A DNA stretch of 58,910 nt from Mageeibacillus sp. UBA5436 (GTDB taxonomy: Bacteria > Bacillota > Clostridia > Saccharofermentanales > DTU023). The notes beneath the pieces are model-generated. The model made no database searches. It was not told the DNA's origin and saw only the letters and a program-made list of their open reading frames with translations. A program made the translations under genes and the position numbers. The stretch covers positions 1 to 58,910 of the forward strand of contig DIRM01000038.1 in the NCBI GenBank assembly GCA_002427545.1, written 5' to 3'. Of the stretch, positions 1 to 9,466 are shown piece by piece; position 1 is the stretch's first letter, and each line of letters starts with the position of its first letter.

Positions 1-2
1 TT

Positions 3-518
3 ACAATAGGCTTAGTTATAGCTGCTTTCCAGAGTATGACAGGTCTTGAAATAATTAAAGGAATGGCTCCCATTGAAGAAGGACTATCAATTGTAGGTTC
101 TATTGCAGTAGTTCTTTGTGGAACTTTTCCTATATTATCTTTACTTACACGTTTGTTGGAAAAACCACTTGGCAAAGTTGGTTCTAAGATTGGTTTGGAC
201 GCCACCTCAACAGCTGGTTTAATTTTTACCTTAGCAAATTCAATTCCTGTATATAAAATGATGAAAGATATGAATTCAAAAGGAAAAATTGTTAATGCAG
301 CTTGGTTGGTACCTGCAACGGCTGCACTAGGAGATCACCTTGGTTTTACCGCAGGTGTTTATCCTGATGCGATTTTCCCAGTGGTTATTTCTAAAATCAT
401 TGCTGGTGTATTGGCCGTTGTTCTAGCTATGTTAATGACTAGACATGGTACAGAACTTGAAGATGCTCAAAGTTTACAAATGCAACAAAAGGTTGATACT
501 CAACCTACAAACTCATAG
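3..518 (+). CDS. eutH: EutH-family (ethanolamine utilisation) membrane transporter, 5'-truncated by the window edge
   Basis: The frame is open from base 3 (TIGLVIAAFQSMTG...). The protein is hydrophobic and has EutH-like segments 'PIEEGLSIVGSIAVVLCGTFP', 'TLANSIP' and 'ALGDHLGFTAG'. Confidence 0.8.
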   Translation, partial: TIGLVIAAFQSMTGLEIIKGMAPIEEGLSIVGSIAVVLCGTFPILSLLTRLLEKPLGKVGSKIGLDATSTAGLIFTLANSIPVYKMMKDMNSKGKIVNAAWLVPATAALGDHLGFTAGVYPDAIFPVVISKIIAGVLAVVLAMLMTRHGTELEDAQSLQMQQKVDTQPTNS

Positions 519-583
519 AACAATAATTAGAATATATGAGAACAATATGCTGTTATTGTATTTGATAAATAAAGGAGAGAATT

Positions 584-2101
584 ATGGCAGCTAATCGTTA
601 TTATCTAGGAATTGATCAAGGAACAACAGGAACAACAGTTCTTTTATTAAATGAAAATTGGGAACAACTTGCACGCGGTTATTCGGAATATGAATTAGAA
701 TATCCCCATCCTGGGTGGGTTGAAAAAGATCCCTTAATTGTTTGGCAGTCAGTTTTAGCTGCTGTTCAGCAGGTTATTACGGAAACTGGTTGTAAACTAA
801 GTGAATTTAGATGTCTTGGCCTTGACAATGAAGGTGAGACTTGCATGGTATGGGATAAATTAACAGGCAAGCCAATATACAATGCAATCGTTTGGCAGGA
901 TAGGAGAACAGCACAAAGAGCAGATCAATTAGCAAAAGAACATGGTGATGAGATCCGTGAAAAAACGGGTGTAGTCATAGATAGTTATTTTAGTGCAACA
1001 AAAATTGAGTGGATTCTCAATCATGTAGAAGGCGCACGCGAAAGAGCAGAACGTGGAGAGCTCTTAGCAGGAACACTGGATAGCTGGGTCATTTGGAAAC
1101 TGACACATGGCCAAATTCATATAACCGATTATTCTACAGCATCTAGGACAATGTTAATCAACATTCATACAGGAACATGGGATAACGATATTTTAGGTTG
1201 GCTAAAAATTCCTAAAGATATTCTACCAACCATACATAATAGCTCTGAAATTTATGGTTATACTGATCCACTAGACTTTTTCGGAATGAAAATTCCTATT
1301 TCTGGAGCAGTAGTTGACCAACAATCAGCACTATTTGGACAAGCTTGTTTTAAACCAGGAGATGTGAAGACAACATATGGCACAGGTTGCTTTATGTTAA
1401 TGAATACTGGACCAGATATTGTTATGTCAGAAAATGGTTTAGTAACTACGATTGGTTGGGGGATTGATAATCAATTAACTTTTGCATTAGATGGTGGTGT
1501 TTATGTTGCAGGCGCAGCGATTAAATGGCTACAAGAAAAACTAGGATTTTTTGAAACTGCTAAAGAAACAGCTAAAATTGCTGAAGAAGCTGGAGGAACA
1601 GGTGGAGTAATGTTTGTACCTGCTTTTGCTGGTCTAGCAGCTCCTCATTGGGATCAATATGCAAGAGGAACAATTCTCGGATTAACCGGGGGTACTACCA
1701 AAGAACAATTAGTTTGTGCAACTTTAGAAAGCATCGCCTATCAAGTAAGAGATAATCTTGAAGTCATGAATCAAGATTCAGGCATTGAAATCAAGGTAAT
1801 GCGTGCCGATGGAGGCATGGTTGCAAATAGTTGGTTGATGCAGTTTCAGTCCGACATCATGGGCATACCTATTGATGTTCCAGTTATCACAGAAACAACC
1901 GCATTGGGAGCGGCTTATTTAGCAGCTTTGGGTGTAGGAGATTTTAGTAGCTTAGATGATATAGCAGAACACTGGAAGTTAGGCAAACGTTATGAACCTA
2001 ATATGAGTGAATCGAAACGAAATAATTTGTTATTTCATTGGAATAGAGCAGTTGAAAAAAGCAAAAACTGGGTTATTTCTGATGATCCATTTTTTAATTA
2101 A
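584..2101 (+). CDS. glpK: FGGY-family glycerol kinase-like protein with atypical substrate-pocket motifs
   Basis: Motifs IDQGTT, NAIVWQDRRT, YFSATK, KTTYGTGCF, PAFAGLAAPHW and ETTALGAA are present. RBS AGGAG precedes the ATG. The canonical TNQRET is replaced by DNEGET. Confidence 0.85.
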   Translation: MAANRYYLGIDQGTTGTTVLLLNENWEQLARGYSEYELEYPHPGWVEKDPLIVWQSVLAAVQQVITETGCKLSEFRCLGLDNEGETCMVWDKLTGKPIYNAIVWQDRRTAQRADQLAKEHGDEIREKTGVVIDSYFSATKIEWILNHVEGARERAERGELLAGTLDSWVIWKLTHGQIHITDYSTASRTMLINIHTGTWDNDILGWLKIPKDILPTIHNSSEIYGYTDPLDFFGMKIPISGAVVDQQSALFGQACFKPGDVKTTYGTGCFMLMNTGPDIVMSENGLVTTIGWGIDNQLTFALDGGVYVAGAAIKWLQEKLGFFETAKETAKIAEEAGGTGGVMFVPAFAGLAAPHWDQYARGTILGLTGGTTKEQLVCATLESIAYQVRDNLEVMNQDSGIEIKVMRADGGMVANSWLMQFQSDIMGIPIDVPVITETTALGAAYLAALGVGDFSSLDDIAEHWKLGKRYEPNMSESKRNNLLFHWNRAVEKSKNWVISDDPFFN

Positions 2102-2175
2102 TAAATTAATATATATATGATTTTATTGTATGCAATATTTATTTAAAAATATTGAAAAGCAAAGAAGGTGAAAAA

Positions 2176-3618
2176 ATGATTCAAACAGATGTACTAATCA
2201 TTGGTGCAGGTGCTGTTGGTTGTGCTTTAGCCAGAGAATTAACAAAGTACGAAGTTGATGTTTTGGTAGTTGATAAAAATGAAGATGTGGGTGGGGTTGC
2301 CTCAAAATCAAATAGTGCAATCATACACACAGGATATGATGCTTCTCCAGGAACTTTAGAATCTCAACTGGTCGTTGCAGCTAACCCAATGTATGATAAA
2401 TTAGCTCAAGATCTAGATGTACCTTTTCAAAGAGTAGGGGCAATTTTACCTGCGTTCAGTGATGATCAATTTGAACAATTGCCATTTTTAAAACTCAAAT
2501 CTCTGCAAAATAATGTTTACGATGTGGAATATTTGACTCCCGAAAAACTTTTAGATTTAGAACCTAATTTAAGTCCAGAAGTAAAAGGAGGTTTATATAT
2601 TCCAAGAGAATCAATTATTGATCCTTTTCTGTTGGTCGTAGCTTATGCAGAAAATGCTGTAGAAAATGGAGCAAGATTTTTATTAGGAACAAAAGTTCTT
2701 GACATGGTGCAAGAAGAAGGTACTGTTAGCCGAGTAATCACGACAGGCGAAGAAATTCAAGCAAAATTTGTTGTTAATGCAGCAGCATTATATTGCGATG
2801 AAATAGCTAAGATGGTTGGCAAAACAGATTATAAAATTAATCCACGCAAAGGTGAATTTTATGTATTAGATCGCAATACTACTGTAGACATTAATCATAT
2901 TATTCTCCCGATACCAACCAAGCAGACCAAAGGGAAACTATTAGCACCTACCATACACGGAAATATCATTTGTGGTCCTACTGCAGATGATGGCGAGGAT
3001 AAATTAGACGCGGACACAACGGCAACTGGTCTTCAGAGCATTGAAGAAGATGTAAAAAGGTTAGTTCCTAATATTCGAATTTCAGACACAATTAAACAAT
3101 ATAGTGGCTTGCGTCCAAATTGTGAACCTGCTGGATACCATATTGAAACATATGATGATTTAACAAACTATGTAAATGTCGCTGGTGTTAGATCGACAGG
3201 TTTGACTTCATCGGCTAGCCTAGCTAAATATATTACGGAAAAATTGAAATCTATTGGAATGAACTCCAACTTTAATCTAAAGTTTAATCCAATTAGAAAA
3301 GGAATTCCTGTGTTCCGTGATGCTAGTAAATCAGAGCAGGAGGAGTTAATTAAACAAAACCCGCTTTATGGTCATATTATTTGCCGTTGCGAAACAGTTT
3401 CTGAAGGTGAAATAGTAGATGCTATTCATCGAAGTATTCCTGCACGGTCAGTGGATGCAATCAAGAGACGTTTACGCCCAGGTACAGGTCGTTGTCAAGG
3501 AGGTTTCTGTGGCCCACGAGTAATTGAAATTTTAGCACGTGAACAAAATATTTCGCCTGAAGAGGTAATGTTGAATCAACCAGGTTCTTACATGGTGTCA
3601 AGTAAAACTCGTGAATAG
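2176..3618 (+). CDS. FAD-dependent oxidoreductase, glycerol-3-phosphate dehydrogenase/oxidase (GlpA-like), with C-terminal BFD-like [2Fe-2S] domain
   Basis: GAGAVG dinucleotide-binding motif, SKSNSAIIHTGYD, and C-terminal CRCE...GRCQGGFC. Start moved to ATG 2176 after RBS GAAGGTG. Confidence 0.85.
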   Translation: MIQTDVLIIGAGAVGCALARELTKYEVDVLVVDKNEDVGGVASKSNSAIIHTGYDASPGTLESQLVVAANPMYDKLAQDLDVPFQRVGAILPAFSDDQFEQLPFLKLKSLQNNVYDVEYLTPEKLLDLEPNLSPEVKGGLYIPRESIIDPFLLVVAYAENAVENGARFLLGTKVLDMVQEEGTVSRVITTGEEIQAKFVVNAAALYCDEIAKMVGKTDYKINPRKGEFYVLDRNTTVDINHIILPIPTKQTKGKLLAPTIHGNIICGPTADDGEDKLDADTTATGLQSIEEDVKRLVPNIRISDTIKQYSGLRPNCEPAGYHIETYDDLTNYVNVAGVRSTGLTSSASLAKYITEKLKSIGMNSNFNLKFNPIRKGIPVFRDASKSEQEELIKQNPLYGHIICRCETVSEGEIVDAIHRSIPARSVDAIKRRLRPGTGRCQGGFCGPRVIEILAREQNISPEEVMLNQPGSYMVSSKTRE

Positions 3619-3640
3619 TTGGCTAATGAAAGAGGAAGAT

Positions 3641-4900
3641 ATGTATAAAATAAATTGCGATGTTGCTATTATTGGTGGAGGCCCTTCTGGTCTAGCTGCC
3701 GGCATTGCTGCGAAAAAACAAGGAATTAAAGATGTCTTAATTATTGAACGAGATGAGGCTTTAGGAGGAATATTGCAACAATGTATTCACCCAGGATTTG
3801 GTCTAAATTATTTTGATGAAGAATTAACTGGACCAGAATACTATGAACGTTTTGTGGAGGAAGCAGAAAAAGAAGGTGTCCGCTCTCTCTTAAACTCAAT
3901 GGTTTTGGAACTTCTTCCAGATGGAAAAATTGTTTGTGTCAATCAAGAATATGGAATGACAATGATTGAAGCAAAAAGTGTTGTATTAGCTATGGGCTGT
4001 CGTGAAAGAACTCGAGGTAATATCTGTACACCAGGTAGTAGACCTTCAGGTATATATACAGCAGGTTCGGCCCAAAGATTAATTAATTTGCAAAATGAAA
4101 AAGTAGGCGAAAAGGTTTTCATACTAGGTTCTGGTGATATAGGAATGATTATGGCACGTCGAATGACATTAGAGGGATCTGAAGTTGTTGCAGTGGCAGA
4201 AATCATGAAGGACCTCAGTGGCTTAACTAGAAATCGTGTGCAATGTCTTGATGACTTTAATATTCCGCTATTGCTTTCGCATACAGTGACACGTGTTGTT
4301 GGTAATTCACGGGTCGAAGGTGTATTTGTTGCTAAAGTTGATCAGAATTTTAAACCAATCATAGAAACTGAAGAATTCTATCCTTGTGATACGTTATTGC
4401 TTTCTGTAGGTCTAATTCCTGAAAACGAACTATCAAAAGGAGCAGAAGTAGAACTTGATCAGACGACGAAGGGACCTGTTGTAAACCAATTTATGCAAAC
4501 TTCAGTTCCAAATATCTTCGCCTGCGGAAATGTTGTTCATGTTAATGATTTGGTGGATAATGTAACCGTAGAAAGTCAGATTGCTGGTAAATATGCTGCG
4601 CTATATGCATTAAATCAATTTCCAGAAACTGTAACTGAAATTAAAACTCAAGCTGGTAATAATGTTGTTTATGTTTGCCCGCAAAATATTTGTCTGACAG
4701 AAGAAAAAGAGGGAGAGATACCACTATATTTCCGAGTCAAAGAATCGATGACAGGACCTCATATTAAAGTTCAGCAAGGCGATAATGTTCTTCAGGATAG
4801 AAAAAAAATAAAAGTTTCACCTGGTGAAATGGAGCATGTAGTATTGTCGAAAGAAGATTTGATTCAAGGCGAATTAGTTATTTCAGTCAGCAAAAGTTAA
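3641..4900 (+). CDS. FAD/NAD(P)-dependent pyridine nucleotide-disulfide oxidoreductase (partner subunit)
   Basis: GGGPSG, LGGILQQCIHPGFG, LTGPEY, MGCRER and GSGDIG motifs. Start placed at ATG 3641 after GAGGA. Confidence 0.85.
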   Translation: MYKINCDVAIIGGGPSGLAAGIAAKKQGIKDVLIIERDEALGGILQQCIHPGFGLNYFDEELTGPEYYERFVEEAEKEGVRSLLNSMVLELLPDGKIVCVNQEYGMTMIEAKSVVLAMGCRERTRGNICTPGSRPSGIYTAGSAQRLINLQNEKVGEKVFILGSGDIGMIMARRMTLEGSEVVAVAEIMKDLSGLTRNRVQCLDDFNIPLLLSHTVTRVVGNSRVEGVFVAKVDQNFKPIIETEEFYPCDTLLLSVGLIPENELSKGAEVELDQTTKGPVVNQFMQTSVPNIFACGNVVHVNDLVDNVTVESQIAGKYAALYALNQFPETVTEIKTQAGNNVVYVCPQNICLTEEKEGEIPLYFRVKESMTGPHIKVQQGDNVLQDRKKIKVSPGEMEHVVLSKEDLIQGELVISVSKS

Positions 4901-4910
4901 GGAGAATTTA

Positions 4911-5276
4911 ATGAAAAAAGAAATTACTTGTATAACCTGTCCGATTGGTTGTGTAATTACGGTTGAAGGTGACGGTGACAAAATAATTTCCCTCACTGGA
5001 AATCAATGTAAGCGTGGAATAACTTACGCAGAAAATGAATTCTTAAATCCTAAACGTATTTTAACAACTTCAATCAAAGTCAATCATGGGAAAAAACCTT
5101 TGGTTTCTGTAAGATCAAATGAACCATTACCAAAAGAACAAATTTTTCAATATATGGAAGAAATAAAGAAAAAAGTAGTAGAGGCTCCAGTACAAATAGG
5201 AGATGTACTAATCGATAATATCGGTGGCGAGAATGTAAATATCATAGCAACCACATTTGTGGATGCCATAAATTAA
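4911..5276 (+). CDS. DUF1667-type small Cys-rich metal-binding protein
   Basis: CITCPIGC...GNQCKRG...P.R.LTTS pattern. This is the usual third gene of the module. RBS AAGGAG. Confidence 0.8.
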   Translation: MKKEITCITCPIGCVITVEGDGDKIISLTGNQCKRGITYAENEFLNPKRILTTSIKVNHGKKPLVSVRSNEPLPKEQIFQYMEEIKKKVVEAPVQIGDVLIDNIGGENVNIIATTFVDAIN

Positions 5277-5322
5277 AATTAGTCAGTTTTTTGATTAGCT
5301 TATAATGGAGCTTTTTAATGCG

Positions 5323-5358
5323 AAAAAAGGGGAATCTCGATAGGGGTTCCCTTTTTTT
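5323..5358. terminator. Intrinsic terminator ending the eutH-glpK cluster
   Basis: AAAAAAGGGGAATCTC-GATA-GGGGTTCCCTTTTTTT hairpin with T-tract. Confidence 0.8.
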
Positions 5359-5467
5359 GATGTGAATGATTTTGGTCTTTTGTGGATTTATGAAACATAT
5401 TTTTAAGAATGAAACATCAATTCTCAATAATTGCTATAATAAAGATATTATTCAAAGGGGTTTTACT

Positions 5468-6466
5468 ATGCAAGAATTAACCGTACGTGTACCAGGTACA
5501 AGTGCTAATTTAGGACCTGGTTTTGATTGCCTTGGCATCGCTTTTCAAATTTATAATTGGTTCACTTTTCGTTGGCAAAAAATCGAAGATGTTGTCAGCC
5601 CTCAAGAACAAATAGATCAGCTTGCTATTACTAATGTTCGGCAATTGCCAATGATGGAAGCTTATGTTAAATATTGTACTTTATTTGATGTGGATTTACC
5701 TTTATTGGAATTAGTAGATTCATTAGAAAGTGATGTACCAGTGGCTAGAGGACTAGGGTCATCTGCAACTTGTTATACAGCTGGAGCAAAAGCAGCACAA
5801 TGGGTAGCTGAGCAATTATATGATAAACAGACGATTCTCAAAGAGATTGAAGGTCGTTTTGGTTCTTATAAAATTGATCCGTTTTCAAATGAAGCAATTT
5901 TAGCAATAGCAGCCATGATAGAGGGACATCCAGATAATATAAGTCCTGCTGTTTTTGGAGGATTACAAATTGCCTCGATTATGGAACAGAAAGATTTTCC
6001 GCATGTTTTGTATCAGACTTTGCCAGTTCATTCAACTGTCAATTTTATTATTTCCTATCCAAATTATAGTTTGAAAACAAAAAATGCTAGAGCCATTCTG
6101 CCAAAAAAAATTGATAGACAAGATGCTATTTTTAATTTAACAGCCTTAAGTTTTTTAATTCAAGGTATGGAAACAGGTGATCCTGTTTTACTCGAGCATG
6201 GTTTACAAGATCGTTTGCATCAACCTTATCGAGCCAAATTGATTGATGGATTTTATGATATATTAAAAATTGGTAAAAACGCAGGGGCCGTAGGTAGTGT
6301 TCTTTCCGGAGCAGGACCAGCTATCTTGACGATTTATCTTGATTCCGAAAATGGGGATTTAATTCAAGAGAAAATTCAAAATGAATTAGGCGAAAATTGG
6401 CAGGTGCTAAAATTAAAAATTGATCATTCAGGTATAAATATTAAAACAGGCAGAGAAAAATTTTAA
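5468..6466 (+). CDS. thrB: Homoserine kinase
   Basis: VPGTSANLGPGFD, PVARGLGSSA (GHMP motif), EGHPDN, DRLHQPYR and LSGAGP. ATG 5468 follows AGGGG; an extended -10 TGCTATAAT lies at 5432-5440. Confidence 0.92.
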   Translation: MQELTVRVPGTSANLGPGFDCLGIAFQIYNWFTFRWQKIEDVVSPQEQIDQLAITNVRQLPMMEAYVKYCTLFDVDLPLLELVDSLESDVPVARGLGSSATCYTAGAKAAQWVAEQLYDKQTILKEIEGRFGSYKIDPFSNEAILAIAAMIEGHPDNISPAVFGGLQIASIMEQKDFPHVLYQTLPVHSTVNFIISYPNYSLKTKNARAILPKKIDRQDAIFNLTALSFLIQGMETGDPVLLEHGLQDRLHQPYRAKLIDGFYDILKIGKNAGAVGSVLSGAGPAILTIYLDSENGDLIQEKIQNELGENWQVLKLKIDHSGINIKTGREKF

Positions 6467-6467
6467 T

Positions 6468-7025
6468 ATGGAAAAAAACAAGAAAAATAATGGAAAAATG
6501 AATCCCAATGATAATTTAATACTTGAGACAGACGATATAAAAAATCTCAAAAAGCTAATTATTAATAGATTGGAACATCATCCTTTTTCTCAAAGTGTTG
6601 GTATTAATGTTTTATCAATTCAATATCGAAAATCGATTGTTGCGCTAAAAGTGGGAGAACAGCATTTAAACCCAAATGGTACCATTCATGGCGGAGTATT
6701 GATGACTTTAGCAGATAATGCTGCGGGAGCAGCCGTTCTTTACACAGGTCAGAAAACGCCAACTTTAGATTTGCATTATCGTTTTTTAAAACCTGTATAT
6801 GCAGGAGATTATTTGATAGCCGAAGCAGAAGTGGTCCAATCTGGTGGTCGTATTGTCGTGATTCATGTAAAAATAGAAAATGACCATCAATTAGTCGGAG
6901 ATGCTACAGCTTCATTTTACAAATTAGATTCGCATCAAAAAGAAATTCCATCTGAAATTTTTGAGAAAGTCGATCAATATATTAGAGAAAATATCACAAA
7001 GAACAAACATAATGATTCGGAGTAG
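6468..7025 (+). CDS. PaaI-family hotdog-fold thioesterase
   Basis: HLNPNGTIHGGVLMTLADNAAG motif. Confidence 0.85.
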   Translation: MEKNKKNNGKMNPNDNLILETDDIKNLKKLIINRLEHHPFSQSVGINVLSIQYRKSIVALKVGEQHLNPNGTIHGGVLMTLADNAAGAAVLYTGQKTPTLDLHYRFLKPVYAGDYLIAEAEVVQSGGRIVVIHVKIENDHQLVGDATASFYKLDSHQKEIPSEIFEKVDQYIRENITKNKHNDSE

Positions 7026-7114
7026 AAAAAGACTACTTCGAATCATTAAAACAAGCAATTATTATTGATTTCATAAAGAAAAAACAACAAGCTAAAAAAT
7101 ACTGTTTCACATAA

Positions 7115-7840
7115 TTACAATATCTTTGAAAGAAATTGTTGAGATCTTTCTTCTTGAGGATTAGTAAAGAAATTACTTGGATCATGACTCTCTTCAATGA
7201 TCTGTCCTTCATCCATGAATATAATACGATTAGATACTTCTTTGGCGAAGCCCATTTCATGCGAAACAACGACCATGGTCATTCCAGATTCAGCTAGTTC
7301 TTTCATCAAATCTAAAACTTCACCAACCATTTCTGGATCAAGAGCAGAGGTAGGTTCATCAAACAATAAAACCTTTGGGTCCATCATCATGGCTCTAATT
7401 ATGGCAATTCTTTGTTGTTGACCACCAGATAATTGTTTGGGAAAAGCATCAATTTTTTCGGATAAACCAATACGATTTAACAATGTTTGTGCTTTTTCTT
7501 CAGCTTCTATTTTTGTTAATTTATGTCGTTTGACTGGTGCTAAAGTTAAATTATCTAAAATACTTAAATTAGAAAATAAGTTAAATTGCTGAAAAACCAT
7601 ACCCATTTGTTCACGAATTAAATTTAAATCAATTTTAGGATCGGTAATTTCCTTATCTTCAAACAGAATACTTCCAGAAGTCGGTGTTTCAAGCGCATTT
7701 AAGCAACGTAGTAAAGTAGATTTGCCAGAACCTGATGGGCCGATAATAACAGCTTTCTCACCAGCTTTAATTGTCAAATTAATATTTTTTAGTACTTTTA
7801 AATCATCAAAGTCTTTATATAAATTTTTAATCTCAAGCAT
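7115..7840 (-). CDS. Polar amino acid ABC transporter ATP-binding protein (GlnQ/ArtP-like)
   Basis: [27 protein letters not shown] and SHEMGFA. Confidence 0.93.
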   Translation of the reverse strand: MLEIKNLYKDFDDLKVLKNINLTIKAGEKAVIIGPSGSGKSTLLRCLNALETPTSGSILFEDKEITDPKIDLNLIREQMGMVFQQFNLFSNLSILDNLTLAPVKRHKLTKIEAEEKAQTLLNRIGLSEKIDAFPKQLSGGQQQRIAIIRAMMMDPKVLLFDEPTSALDPEMVGEVLDLMKELAESGMTMVVVSHEMGFAKEVSNRIIFMDEGQIIEESHDPSNFFTNPQEERSQQFLSKIL

Positions 7841-8552
7841 GCAAATATCTCTTTTCTACTAGATTAAATAAACGTTCTAGACCAAAAACAACAATTAAGT
7901 AAATAAGGGCTGCGGCAAAATATGGTAAGGCCGCCTGAAAAGTATTACTGACGAGAATATTAGCACCTCTTGTTAAATCGATCAAACCAATGAAACCACT
8001 GATTGAGGTTTCTTTGAATAGCGTAATAACTTCATTACCAAAAGCAGGCAAACAATTTTTGAAAGCTTGAGGCAAAGTAATTTTTTGCATTGTTTGTAAA
8101 TAACTTAAACCTAATGATCTAGCTGCCTCTTTTTCACCCTGACTAACGGCTTGTATGCCACTTCTAAAAATTTCTGCCATATAAGCTGCTGAATTGAGGC
8201 CAAAAGTTATAATAGCTACTAACCGCAAATTGTCTAAACCAATCAAAATGACATTAAACATAATTAATAATTGAATAGTTGTTGGCGTACCACGAATAAT
8301 AGTGATATAAATACTAGCAATTTTATTAAGTAAATTTAATATGAAACCAGATGGAGTTGCCCAAGATGGTTTAAGATCTTTATGTGATATACGAATCACG
8401 GCTAAAATTATACCTAATACCAAGCCAATCAAGAAAGCAAATAAAGTGACTTTTAATGTAGTAGAAAAGCCTTTAGACAAATATTTCCAATTATCATTAT
8501 TTATGAAAACCTTTTGAAAATTTTGAATAAAACTTTGGGCAAATATAAGCAT
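7833..8552 (-). CDS. Polar amino acid ABC transporter permease
   Basis: [26 protein letters not shown] and hydrophobic segments. Confidence 0.92.
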   Translation of the reverse strand: MLIFAQSFIQNFQKVFINNDNWKYLSKGFSTTLKVTLFAFLIGLVLGIILAVIRISHKDLKPSWATPSGFILNLLNKIASIYITIIRGTPTTIQLLIMFNVILIGLDNLRLVAIITFGLNSAAYMAEIFRSGIQAVSQGEKEAARSLGLSYLQTMQKITLPQAFKNCLPAFGNEVITLFKETSISGFIGLIDLTRGANILVSNTFQAALPYFAAALIYLIVVFGLERLFNLVEKRYLHA

Positions 8553-8582
8553 ATGTTATCCTTTCATATTGAATAAACAGAA

Positions 8583-8608
8583 AAAACTGGCTTAAGTAAG
8601 CCAGTTTT
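8583..8608 (-). terminator. Hairpin/terminator between the binding-protein gene and the permease gene
   Basis: AAAACTGGCTTA-AG-TAAGCCAGTTTT perfect inverted repeat with a T-run on the minus strand. Confidence 0.65.
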
Positions 8609-8618
8609 AATAATTGTA

Positions 8619-9449
8619 TTATTCAGCAGGAATATATTTTTCAATAATTGCTGGGATGGTACCATCCTCTTTAAGAGCTTTTAGAGCTCCATTGATTTCG
8701 TCTAATAAGGCTGCATTATCTTTTGGTAAAGCGATTGCATAATCTTCAACAGCATAATCTGTATCGAGTAATTGTAAATTATCATCTGTTTTGACAAAGT
8801 TTTTGGCTGGTTCATTATCTATAATGACACAATCAATATTACCTGCTAAAAGAGCGATTACAGCGTCAGCACCTTTATCAAAAGATTGAACAAAATCATC
8901 GCCATAATCACCTCTGGCATAATTATCGCCAGTTGTACCAAATTGTGTTCCGATTTTTTTACCTTCTAAATCATCAATAGATTGGATATCGCTATTTTTA
9001 GTAACGATAATGGATTGAATACCAGTAGCATAAGAATCAGAAAAATTGACACTTTCTAAACGTTCTGCATTAACGGTCATACCTGCGATACCGCCATCAA
9101 CTTTACCACTTTCAATAGAAGCAATAATATTAGCAAATTCCATATCGTGTATTTTATATTCATAGCCTAAATAATTAGCAATAGCTTCAGCAATTTCGGC
9201 ATCGATACCAACAATGTCTTCACCTTCATAATATTCATATGGAGGGAAAGCAGCATTTGTACCAAGATCAAGAACACCATCTTCTAAAGCCTTTTCGCCT
9301 GAGTTTGAAGCTTCAGATTCAACTGCTTTTGTTTCTGCTGTGGATGCATCTGAAGTTTTATCTTTTGTACTACCACAAGCTGCTGTCAATAGAATCGCAA
9401 TAATCAAAGTTAAAGCGATAAAGGTTTTCTTATTAATTAATTTTTTCAT
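8619..9449 (-). CDS. Basic amino acid (arginine-type) ABC substrate-binding lipoprotein
   Basis: Lipobox LTAAC, GTNAAFPPYEY and GMTVNAER. Co-oriented and adjacent to argH. Confidence 0.88.
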   Translation of the reverse strand: MKKLINKKTFIALTLIIAILLTAACGSTKDKTSDASTAETKAVESEASNSGEKALEDGVLDLGTNAAFPPYEYYEGEDIVGIDAEIAEAIANYLGYEYKIHDMEFANIIASIESGKVDGGIAGMTVNAERLESVNFSDSYATGIQSIIVTKNSDIQSIDDLEGKKIGTQFGTTGDNYARGDYGDDFVQSFDKGADAVIALLAGNIDCVIIDNEPAKNFVKTDDNLQLLDTDYAVEDYAIALPKDNAALLDEINGALKALKEDGTIPAIIEKYIPAE

Positions 9450-9466
9450 ATTTTTCTCCTTAAATG

